In this document: positions 37,671 to 48,665 of the stretch, one piece after another
How the letters are laid out: each line of letters begins with the position of its first letter
How positions within the stretch are numbered: the first letter of the stretch is position 1
NCBI GenBank assembly: GCA_032718475.1
Contig: JAUCBJ010005427.1
Location: 1-64,000 of the forward strand
DNA: 64,000 nucleotides
Source of the DNA: Nemertoderma westbladi
Lineage: Eukaryota; Animalia; Xenacoelomorpha
Direction of reading: 5' to 3'
Made by a program: the position numbers and the translations under genes
The notes under the pieces: model-generated
The model's database searches: none
The model's input: the letters and a program-made list of their open reading frames with translations, nothing else
What the model was told of the DNA's origin: nothing

Positions 37671-39709
37671 ACAAGTCCCTAAAAGGTGCCACCCTGCTCC
37701 ATAGCGCGGGAAATTCAAATGATTGAAAGACATGTAATTTGTACTGGAAGGGGTGGCAGATCAGATCTGCCACCTATATTTTGGCGGTAAATTCAAATTT
37801 AACATTGAATATAATATGAATAGAGTAAGACTAATGTAATTCATTGAATCAGAATAAATTATTTCTTATCGGTTTAACTCACTCATCCGTTATTGTTGTT
37901 ATTTTATCTATTCTGGGACTTCCAGCAGCACGTGAATAAATAAACCAGCACGTTAACTAGTCTGGGACTTCGAGCAGCACGTGAACAACTAAGCTGACTG
38001 GTTAACTAGTCTGGGACTTCGAGCAGCACGTGAAGAACTAAGCTGACTGGTTAACTAGTATGGGGGTTCGAGCAGCACGTGAACAACTAAGCTGACTGGT
38101 TAACTAGACTTGGGCTTCGAGCAGCACGTGAACAACTAAGCTGACTAGTTAACTAGTATGGGGGTTCGAGCAGCACGTGAACAACTAAGCTGACTGGTTA
38201 ACTAGTCTGGGGGTTCGAGCAGCACGTGAACAACTAAGCTGACTGGTTAACTAGTCTGGGACTTCGAGCAGCACGTGAACAACTAAGCTGACTGGTTAAC
38301 TAGTCTGGGACTTCGAGCAGCACGTGAACAACTAAGCTGACTGGTTAACTAGTATGGGGGTTCGAGCAGCACTTGAACAACTAAGCTGACTGGTTAACTA
38401 GACTTGGGCTTCGAGCAGCACGTGAACAACTAAGCTGACTAGTTAACTAGTATGGGGGTTCGAGCAGCACGTGAACAACTAAGCTGACTGGTTAACTAGT
38501 ATGGGGGTTCGAGCAGCACGTGAACAACTAAGCTGACTGGTTAACTAGACTGGGACTTCGACCGTTCGAGCAAAATTGAGGAGGGGGGGGGGGGGGGGGG
38601 GTCGGGGGATTTGGCTTAACTTCTATCCCAGTAAAATGTAAAGAACATTTATTATTTGCTTGTATCAGTTATAATTACATCAGAACATTATAGTTATAAC
38701 AATTATACACTTATACCTAGTATATTAATAGTAAATTTCAAGTAGATAGATGATAGAAAGGCCCAGTGAATTGATATATTTTTGGCGGTTAATTCTAATT
38801 ACAGAATTATAATATATTCATTTCCATTACAAACTGTACACAGTGTGTTGCAGTATGTACGTGGGTACGTACTAAAAGGTCAAGGAGCTAGAGCTGTAGA
38901 CTTCATACTGTAGTGGGGTAGTAGGCCTACAGACATATTATCTTATTTAGGTCTACTAAGAAATATTGCGTAATGTAGGTAATTCATAAGAAATATATAC
39001 AGCTGCTGTACAGCAGAGAATTGATAGTAAAATATATCGCAGGTAGGCCTACTGTAATAACAATAGGTGTATAATGCCTCTGCCATATACTGCTATATTT
39101 GTCTATGACATATAATATGATAAAATATTATTATGAATGAACATTCTTATTCTTAGTAACTCGTGACAAAATACAATGCGCTACTAACTCAGAAACTGTA
39201 ATCCTAAATGCGGAACTTAAACCGAAACAGGGTAAAATGTGGACTTTGTAGTGACACATTTGGCAGTCAGTGCGATATAATTTCTCATGTACAAGCAAAT
39301 CACGGTATTGCATGTTCAGTACAAACGGTAATTCGGTTATTCAACAATTAACAAACGGTTATTCAACGTCCATTTTTAGTTATTAGCATGACGGTAATAC
39401 AAATTACGCAAGGTGAACCTATACTACATTCACAATTTTCTATTCATTCACTAAATATAACGAAAATTGAACGTTCATTTAATCCATGGTACGTTCAGTT
39501 AACTATATTATTTGCTACATGGGTTACTCTATTCATATTTTCAATGTTAAAACAGATTTCATATATTCAATGTTAAAACAGATTTGAATTTACCGCCAAA
39601 ATATAGGTGGCAGATCTGACCTGCCACCCTTTCCAGTACAAATTGCATGTCTTTCAATCATTTGAATTTCCCGCGCTATGGAGCAGGGTGGCACCTTTTA
39701 GGGACTTGT
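37671..39709. mobile_element. Non-autonomous DNA transposon with ~130-140-bp TIRs and 9-bp TSD (Mutator/MULE-like)
   Basis: TIR ACAAGTCCCTAAAAGGTGCCACCCTGCTCC... is mirrored by ...GGAGCAGGGTGGCACCTTTTAGGGACTTGT. Perfect TSD CGGCTGTAT (37662-37670, 39710-39718). No transposase seen. Confidence 0.92.
37912..38570. repeat. 49-bp minisatellite (~13 copies) inside the MULE-like element
   Basis: Unit AGCAGCACGTGAACAACTAAGCTGACTGGTTAACTAGTCTGGGACTTCG. Confidence 0.96.
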
Positions 39710-41841
39710 CGGCTGTATGCAGGCAGCAGGTATGGTCTGACGGTTGTTGTATAATTAAATTTAGGCCTATTTCAGTATTTCATTTATTATTTGTTAATTT
39801 TTAGTGAGCCTAATACCGTGATTGTACTAGGCCTAGCATTTTTCTTTTCTCATGTTCTTTCAGTAACCAATCCACATTCACCCATTTGGCTAATAACCTC
39901 AGGATTTTAGTGAACTCAGGAGTCCGACTTCCCTCTGAAGCTCTGATCTAAGTTCCACCTACCTACCTACTGCTTATTTTATACAATCTGCCTGCATTAT
40001 AGGCCTACTGCAGTTCTAAACTTCAAGTTCGGAAGTTGTAATCCTTATATCCGAGGATCCCTATGAGGTGAGGATCACTTGCAGCGTATCCTAACGAATC
40101 GTCTCCTTCTGCATATAGATCACTGCTGAGTCTTCAACGTTTACGACACAAACTGGCGGACTGGGTGCCAGCACGTTTGCGATAACATTCCCGCATATCT
40201 CTGGACGGCCAAGGTCGAGAGAGGGTCGTACCGGAAATCTATCATCGCGACTTCCGGCCCTTCGCCTCGTTTCTCCGACGCAATGCTGAAAGATGCAAAA
40301 GTCCGCCTACTGGGCATGCTCGAATCCGGTGGGAAAACTACCTGACTACCGGTAGTTCCAATCGCATTGTACGTATACGTAAGCAGGACTTCGCTAAAAG
40401 CAAACATGCAGGTGAAACTAAAGGGACTTCGTGGTATCGGTACGATTACAGTGCGTGGTTTATGGTACTTGCAACGTTTACCGGATGAAATCTTAGGCTC
40501 TAGAATCAGCGGCACGAAATACTGAAATACAAAGAGCAAAACTTCCCAGCAATTCAATGCAACAGCAAGCGATGAGTTATAATGGGTTGCGTTCCGGAGC
40601 GAGTTGGGATCCCCAGTTTAAATTCGCGAGTGGTTCGGGTCCATCAGTCGACCAGACATGCTTTGGTTCGTTGAGTTTTTAACTTTCATGTCTTCGTTTC
40701 ATCCAAACCGCATCCGGGTAGGGATACCAAACCACCGCGTTATTTAATGCTTTTTAATTTTGTTATTGTGTATCGATTGACTTATATATAACCTGTGCCT
40801 TTATTCAGTTACTGTGTTAACATTTATGACGTCGTATTGGTTTAAATGTATGCCCATTTATCAAGTTTGTGGTCCTATACTGCCATGAGCAGAAAATATT
40901 TTATTAATTTAACAAATTAAATTCACAATTTAGTATTGAATCTTTAATATATTATAGTAAATAATAATAATATTTATTATTATGTAAATATATTAATAGT
41001 ATAAACAGCTATAGCTATATACCATAAATATATTGTTATATTTCATAATTAAAATTTGTTTAATAAATTATTTTGCATTTTATAGAAATACTGATATATC
41101 TTTTAGCGTATTTACAAAAGCAAATAATATAAAGGTGCTTTTGTGATAATTATGCAAATAAATTTTTTATTTTAATGCAAATACTTACAGTAATATTAAC
41201 CAAGTATTTTGTTCTTAAACAGTAAAATTTAGTTTTCATTCTTTGATAAATTTTTTTGTTGGTTTTAAATAAAATTTGAAATATTTTTGGTACTAAACAA
41301 GATCTCTAATAAGGAATTCTACCACCCCCCCCCCCCCCCCCCCCCCCTCCTTACTTTCGGCCTAACAATTAGTAAATTGTGGATTTCAGTTTCCAACAAT
41401 TCCATTTAAATCTCACTCTTATATGAACAGAAATTCACAGTCTAGTCCAATATTAAAATTGTTTGTGAATTCGAATTGTTTGCGAAACATTTATATGTTT
41501 CATCATAATATGAATTTTTTTACAGCTTTGATATTATACTGACATCGTAGATGTTACTGAAAGATGGCACAGCCGAATTTTATTTAGTAGGTATAGACCC
41601 TAGCCAGCAAACTTGTGGTGCTGTATGTTGGTACAGTACATTAATAGTTGTTATGGGTAAAATTAATTATTGCGGAATTTCAGAATTCCCCCACGAGGTG
41701 GGCTGTTACAGTTACAATATACTTTAACTTAGTTTGGTTTGGTATGGTAGGCCTACTGCAGTAACTGTACAAGTTTGATTAGGCTGACTGGGTATATTTC
41801 AGTACCGGTATTTAATAATAATAATAGCCTACAGCCCTACG

Positions 41842-43302
41842 ATGGATTTCTTGACTATATTGATTTTCATTAGCTCTGTTATCGTCATATATTTAGTTTT
41901 GAACCACTATAAGACTGTAAGACCTCCATCACCGCCAGGATTACCCATTATTGGAGGGGTTCTCAATGCGTGGAAGATCCGTCGTAGCCGAACTAAAGGC
42001 TATGCGAAATGGTCTAAAGAACTCAACTCAGATATCATTAGTTTACCCGTTCCGGGCTACACTACAATTATATTGAATTCATTGAAAATTGTACGACAAG
42101 CTTTTGTAGAAAATGGCAGTCTGTTTTCTCATCGTCCGAGAATTCTAAACTCCCATGGGATTACATTTGCGAGTGGAAAAGTGTGGATGCATCAACGCAA
42201 GTTGTTCATGTCTGTCTTGCGACAATTCTACCTCGGTAAACGAAGCTTTGAAGACCGTGTTGTGGAGGAAGCTGGTATGATGAATGATTGGATCGCCAAA
42301 CTAAATGGTGAGGTCTTTGATTCATATAAGATTGTCGGTAAAGCTGTTTCTAATGTCATCAGCAGCGTTGTCTTTACTGAACGATTTGATTATAATGATA
42401 AACTGTTTACCAATCTCATACAATTAGTGAATCAACAATTTCGTATCAACCCATTTATATACATAATACCGAAGCCGCTATCAAACATATTACTTAGTGA
42501 TAATATTAATCAGTATAAAATTATAGAAAAAATGCACCAAGCGTTCCGAAAGATCATAGACGAACACCGAGAATCTATTGATTACGAATCACCCAGAGAT
42601 TACATCGATTGTCACATTATAGAGGAAAAGAAATGGATCGATTTAGGGCAACCCGATATGGCATTTTACTATAAAGACCTCAACTTGGAACATTCCATAA
42701 CGGGTCTTTTCCTTGCTGGATCCGAAACAACTGCGAGCGCATTGTACTGGTTTGGCCTCGTAATGGTGACACATCCAGATATCCAAACGAAATGTCAGAG
42801 AACGATAGATGAAGTAGTCGGTAGAGACAGACTTCCCACAGTGGAGGATTTCTCCAAGATGCCCTACTTTGAAGCTTGTTTGTTGGAAGTTCTCAGATTT
42901 GGAGTTATTGCTCCGACAACTCTGGCCCATCGAGTTCCTCACGAAATCAAGTTTAATAACTACACGATACACCCCAGTGATGTAATCCTCGCCAATCTGT
43001 GGAACATTCTAAGAGACCCCGGAGCGTGGGAGAAACCAGATGAGTTCTTCCCCCAACATTTCCTATCGGAAGACGGTTCGACTATAAGGAAACCCGATGA
43101 ATTCGTCGCATTTGGTATCGGACCTCGGATCTGCGCAGGAGAACGTCTCGCCCAGATGGAGTTTCGGATTTTCAGCAGCCATCTACTCCATAGATTTACT
43201 CTGGTCGCCAATGGCGAACTGCCCAGCTTGAACGAACACGTTCCCGGATTAACTCTTCTACCTAAACCTTATAAAATGCGAGCTCTACCCAGACTAGATT
43301 AA
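41842..43302 (+). CDS. Cytochrome P450, CYP2 clan, microsomal, 486 aa, intronless and intact
   Basis: N-terminal TM anchor, PPSPPGLPIIG hinge, WxxxR (WMHQR), I-helix LFLAGSETT, K-helix EVLR, heme motif FGIGPRICAG. Confidence 0.96.
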   Translation: MDFLTILIFISSVIVIYLVLNHYKTVRPPSPPGLPIIGGVLNAWKIRRSRTKGYAKWSKELNSDIISLPVPGYTTIILNSLKIVRQAFVENGSLFSHRPRILNSHGITFASGKVWMHQRKLFMSVLRQFYLGKRSFEDRVVEEAGMMNDWIAKLNGEVFDSYKIVGKAVSNVISSVVFTERFDYNDKLFTNLIQLVNQQFRINPFIYIIPKPLSNILLSDNINQYKIIEKMHQAFRKIIDEHRESIDYESPRDYIDCHIIEEKKWIDLGQPDMAFYYKDLNLEHSITGLFLAGSETTASALYWFGLVMVTHPDIQTKCQRTIDEVVGRDRLPTVEDFSKMPYFEACLLEVLRFGVIAPTTLAHRVPHEIKFNNYTIHPSDVILANLWNILRDPGAWEKPDEFFPQHFLSEDGSTIRKPDEFVAFGIGPRICAGERLAQMEFRIFSSHLLHRFTLVANGELPSLNEHVPGLTLLPKPYKMRALPRLD

Positions 43303-43316
43303 TTACACAAACAATT

Positions 43317-46300
43317 GGTTATATTGAAAAATATCGAGACATGAAAAATATCGAGAGTATAAATAACGCGAGTAAAAACATCGAGTGTTGAAAAATATCG
43401 AGAGTAAAAATAACGAGTGTTGAAAAATATCGAGAGTAGAAACATCGAGAGTTGAAAAATATCGAGAGTAAAAATAACGAGTGTTGAAAAATATCGAGAG
43501 TAAAAATATCGAGTGTTGAAAAATATCGAGAGCAAAAAATATCGAGAGTTGAAAAATATCGAGAGTAAAAATATCGAGTGTTGAAAAATATCGAGTGTTG
43601 AATAATATCGAGTGTTGAAAAATATCGAGAGTAAAAATATTGAGTGTTGAAAAATATCGAAAGTAAAAATATCGAGAGTAAAAATATCGAGAGTAAGAAT
43701 ATCGAGAGTAAAAATATCGAGAGTTGAAAAATATCGAGTGTTGAAAAATATCGAGAGTAAAAATATCGAGAGTAAAAATATCGAGAGTAAAAATATTGAG
43801 TGTTGAAAAATATCGAGAGTAAAAAATATCGAGAGTTGAAAAATATCGAGAGTAAAAAATATCGAGTGTTGAAAAATATCGAGAGTAAAAAATATCGAGA
43901 GTTGAAAAATATCGAGAGTAAAAATATCGAGTGTTGAAAAATATCGAGTGTTGAAAAATATCGAGAGTAAAAATATCGAGTTTTGAAAAATATCGAGAGT
44001 AAAAATATCGAGAGTAAAAATATCGAGAGGAAAAATATCGAGAGAAAAATATCGAGTGTTGAAAAATATCGAGAGTAAAAATATCGAGAGTAAAAATATC
44101 GAGAGTAAAAATATCGAGAGTAAAAATATCGAGAGTAAAAATGTCGAGAGTAAAAATATCGAGAGTAAAAATATCGAGAGTAAAAATATCGAGTGTTGAT
44201 ATTTTTCAACACTCGATATTTTTCAACACTCGATATTTTTCAACACTCGATATTTTTCAACACTCGATATTTTTCAACACTCGATATTTTTCAACACTCG
44301 ATATTTTTCAACACTCGATATTTTTCAACACTCGATATTTTTCAACACTCGATATTTTTCAACACTCGATATTTTTACTCTCGATATTTTTCAACACGCG
44401 TTATTTTTACACTCGATATTTTTCAACACTCGATATTTTTCAACACTCGATATTTTTCAACACTCGATATTTTTCAACACTCGATATTTTTACTCTCGAT
44501 ATTTTTCAACACTCGATATTTTTCAACACTCGTTATTTTTACACTCGATATTTTTCAACACTCGATGAGGGATATTTTTCAACACTCGATATTTTTCAAC
44601 ACTCGATATTTTTCAACACTCGATATTTTTCAACACTCGATATTTTTCAACACTCGCGATATTTTTCAACCATCGATATTTTTCAACACTCGATATTTTT
44701 CAACACTCGATATTTTTCAACACTCGATATTTTTCAACACTCGATATTTTTCAACACTCGATATTTTTCAACACTCGATATTTTTCAACACTCGATATTT
44801 TTCAACACTCGATATTTTTCAACACTCGATATTTTTCCAACACTCGATATTTTTCAACACTCGATATTTTTCAACACTCGATATTTTTCAACACTCGATA
44901 TTTTTCAACACTCGATATTTTTCAACACTCGATATTTTTACTCTCGATATTTTTCAACTCTCGATATTTTTCAACACTCGATATTTTTCAACACTCAATA
45001 TTTTTACTCTCGATATTTTTCAACACTCGATATTTTTCAACACTCGATATTTTTTAACTCTCGATATTTTTACACTCGATATTTTGCAACACTCGATATT
45101 TTTATTCTCGATATTTTTCAACACTCGATATTTTTCAACACTCGATATTTTTCAACACTCGATATTTTTCAACACTCGATATTTTTCAACACTCGATATT
45201 TTTACTCTCGATATTTTTCAACTCTCGATATTTTTCAACACTCGATATTTTTCAACACTCAATATTTTTACTCTCGATATTTTTCAACACTCGATATTTT
45301 TCAACACTCGATATTTTTTAACTCTCGATATTTTTACACTCGATATTTTGCAACACTCGATATTTTTACTCTCGATATTTTTCAACACTCGATATTTTTA
45401 CTCTCGATATTTTTCAACACTCGATATTTTGCAACACTCGATATTTTTACTCTCGATATTTTTCAACACTCGATATTTTTACTCTCGATATTTTTCAACA
45501 CTCGATATTTTTCAACACTCGATATTTTTCAACACTCGATATTTTTCAACACTCGATATTTTTCAACACTCGATATTTTTCAACACTCGATATTTTTACT
45601 CTCGATATTTTTCAACACTCGATATTTTTCAACACTCGATATTTTTCAACACTCGATATTTTTCAACACTCGATATTTTGCAACACTCGATATTTTTACT
45701 CTCGATATTTTTCAACACTCGATATTTTTACTCTCGATATTTTTCAACACTCGATATTTTTCAACACTCGATATTTTTCAACACTCGATATTTTTCAACA
45801 CTCGATATTTTTCAACACTCGATATTTTTCAACACTCGATATTTTTACTCTCGATATTTTTCAACACTCGATATTTTTCAACACTCGATATTTTTCAACA
45901 CTCGATATTTTTCAACACTCGATATTTTTCAACACTCGATATTTTTACTCTCGATATTTTTCAACACTCGATATTTTTCAACACTCGATATTTTTCAACA
46001 CTCGATATTTTTCAACACTCGATATTTTTCAACACTCGATATTTTTCAACACTCGATATTTTTCAACACTCGATATTTTTCCAACACTCGATATTTTTCA
46101 ACACTCGATATTTTTCAACACTCGATATTTTTCAACACTCGATATTTTTCAACACTCGATATTTTTCAACACTCGATATTTTTACTCTCGATATTTTTCA
46201 ACTCTCGATATTTTTCAACACTCGATATTTTTCAACACTCGATATTTTTCAACACTCGATATTTTTCAACACTCAATATTTTTACTCTCGATATTTTTCA

Positions 46301-46851
46301 ACACTCGATATTTTTCAACACTCGATATTTTTTAACTCTCGATATTTTTACACTCGATATTTTGCAACACTCGATATTTTTATTCTCGATATTTTTCAAC
46401 ACTCGATATTTTTCAACACTCGATATTTTTTAACTCTCGATATTTTTACACTCGATATTTTGCAACACTCGATATTTTTACTCTCGATATTTTTCAACAC
46501 TCGATATTTTTACTCTCGATATTTTTCAACACTCGATATTTTTCAACACTCGATATTTTTCAACACTCGATATTTTTCAACACTCGATATTTTTCAACAC
46601 TCGATATTTTTCAACACTCGATATTTTTCAACACTCGATATTTTTACTCTCGATATTTTTCAACACTCGATATTTTGCAACACTCGATATTTTTACTCTC
46701 GATATTTTTCAACACTCGATATTTTTACTCTCGATATTTTTCAACACTCGATATTTTTCAACACTCGATATTTTTCAACACTCGATATTTTTCAACACTC
46801 GATATTTTTCAACACTCGATATTTTTACTCTCGATATTCTTCACCATTACC
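43317..46851. mobile_element. Foldback element built from a 15/17-bp satellite in inverted orientation (Merlin-like termini)
   Basis: Left arm (AAAAATATCGAGTGTTG/AAAAATATCGAGAGT)n runs to ~44199 and the reverse-complement arm starts at ~44206. Termini read GGTTATATTGAAAAATATCGAGA vs rc GGTAATGGTGAAGAATATCGAGA. Flanks AAACAATT / AAACAATA match 7/8. Confidence 0.7.
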
Positions 46852-47063
46852 AAACAATAATTACAATAATGTAATTAAATATATAAGTAGCCAACTTTGT
46901 ATCATTTTGTAGCTTCGCTTGTAATACGTTGGATTTCACCACATTAGGTGGGACTGGACTCTCTATTCTATTTATTTTGATTTAGTGTATTAATATTTAA
47001 TTAGCTGTGATTTTGATACCGGTGCGGTAGTGATTTGTATTTCAATATATTGTATAAATGAAA

Positions 47064-48067
47064 AATTCCAACTTACACGATGCCACGGAATATAGTGTGT
47101 AATTCCAACTTACACGATGCCACGGAATATAGTGTGTAATTCCAACTTACACGATGCCACGGAATATAGTGTGTAATTCCAACTTACACGATGCCACGGA
47201 ATATAGTGTGTAATTCCAACTTACACGATGCCACGGAATATAGTGTGTAATTCCAACTTACACGATGCCACGGAATATAGTGTGTAATTCCAACTTACAC
47301 GATGCCACGGAATATAGTGTGTAATTCCAACTTACACGATGCCCCGGAATATAGTGTGTAATTCCAACTTACACGATGCCCCGGAATATAGTGTGTAATT
47401 CCAACTTACACGATGCCACGGAATATAGTGTGTAATTCCAACTTACACGATGCCACGGAATATAGTGTGTAATTCCAACTTACACGATGCCACGGAATAT
47501 AGTGTGTAATTCCAACTTACACGATGCCACGGAATATAGTGTGTAATTCCAACTTACACGATGCCACGGAATATAGTGTGTAATTCCAACTTACACGATG
47601 CCACGGAATATAGTGTGTAATTCCAACTTACACGATGCCACGGAATATAGTGTGTAATTCCAACTTACACGATGCCACGGAATATAGTGTGTAATTCCAA
47701 CTTACACGATGCCACGGAATATAGTGTGTAATTCCAACTTACACGATGCCACGGAATATAGTGTGTAATTCCAACTTACACGATGCCACGGAATATAGTG
47801 TGTAATTCCAACTTACACGATGCCACGGAATATAGTGTGTAATTCCAACTTACACGATGCCCCGGAATATAGTGTGTAATTCCAACTTACACGATGCCCC
47901 GGAATATAGTGTGTAATTCCAACTTACACGATGCCACGGAATATAGTGTGTAATTCCAACTTACACGATGCCACGGAATATAGTGTGTAATTCCAACTTA
48001 CACGATGCCACGGAATATAGTGTGTAATTCCAACTTACACGATGCCACGGAATATAGTGTGTAATTC
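47064..48067. repeat. 37-bp minisatellite, ~27 copies
   Basis: Unit AATTCCAACTTACACGATGCCACGGAATATAGTGTGT; occasional gcccc variant. Confidence 0.98.
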
Positions 48068-48665
48068 AAATTCAATGACACAGTTTTAATTTAGCGCCAT
48101 TGCTATTTGAGATAGCTTGTGTTACTTCAGTACCTAATGAAATTAAAATTAATACATATGTTTTCTAAATTAATTAATTACATATCATAATTACATATGA
48201 TTACGTAAATAAAGTTATTTTCGGTAAAGTAAACTTATCATTCGAGGTTAAGACCCCTAGATCCCTTCCTATAATAAATGTATATTAAATAGGTTGAAAG
48301 AGCATCGACGTATAAAAGGTTTGCAGGTAATTTGAGCAAAATCCATTCACACACCCAAAAGTTATTATAATTGAATGGATGCGTGACTAGCCCCACATCG
48401 TGCACCCACCCTCGCTCTGGTCAGGTTATCGATACCGCAACCTTGCCGGTAATGGATATCGGGACTCAACGGTGGAGCTATGCCGTTGTCGTCTCACATT
48501 TTTTCCTATGGCTACTCCCTGTATACCAAATGACAGTATTGCTCCCTCGCGGGGAGGTAAGATTTGTACCGGATACTCGCTGCAGGTTGACCCCTGTCCT
48601 AATGGGGTATAATTTACCAAAAAGTTTAGATATATATATGAAGTTCGAAACTTAATTAAAATTTA

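Noticed and set aside
40020-40700. GC-richer block with a 138-aa minus ORF and a plus-strand MLKDAKVRLLGMLESGGKTT (Arf P-loop-like) peptide
   Set aside because: The P-loop-like peptide stops immediately, with no G3/G4 motifs. No frame gave a recognisable family. A BLASTx search would be needed.
42643-43211. Antisense ORFs within the CYP (and similar ones inside the FReD, YAP exon and LINE)
   Set aside because: These are shadow ORFs opposite well-supported coding frames.
43299-46912. Long FSTLDIFQHSIFFNTRY ORFs
   Set aside because: All three frames give the same cyclic peptide from a 17-bp unit, so this is a satellite artefact.
47064-48067. CRISPR array (37-bp repeat; likewise the 29-, 39-, 49- and 52-bp arrays)
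   Set aside because: Units are head-to-tail with no unique spacers, there are no cas genes, and the context is eukaryotic.
48360-48650. HDV-like ribozyme or short CDS next to the 29-bp satellite
   Set aside because: I could not build the P1/P2/P3 nested pseudoknot on either strand, and the ORFs have no recognisable motifs. It may be a retroelement UTR fragment.
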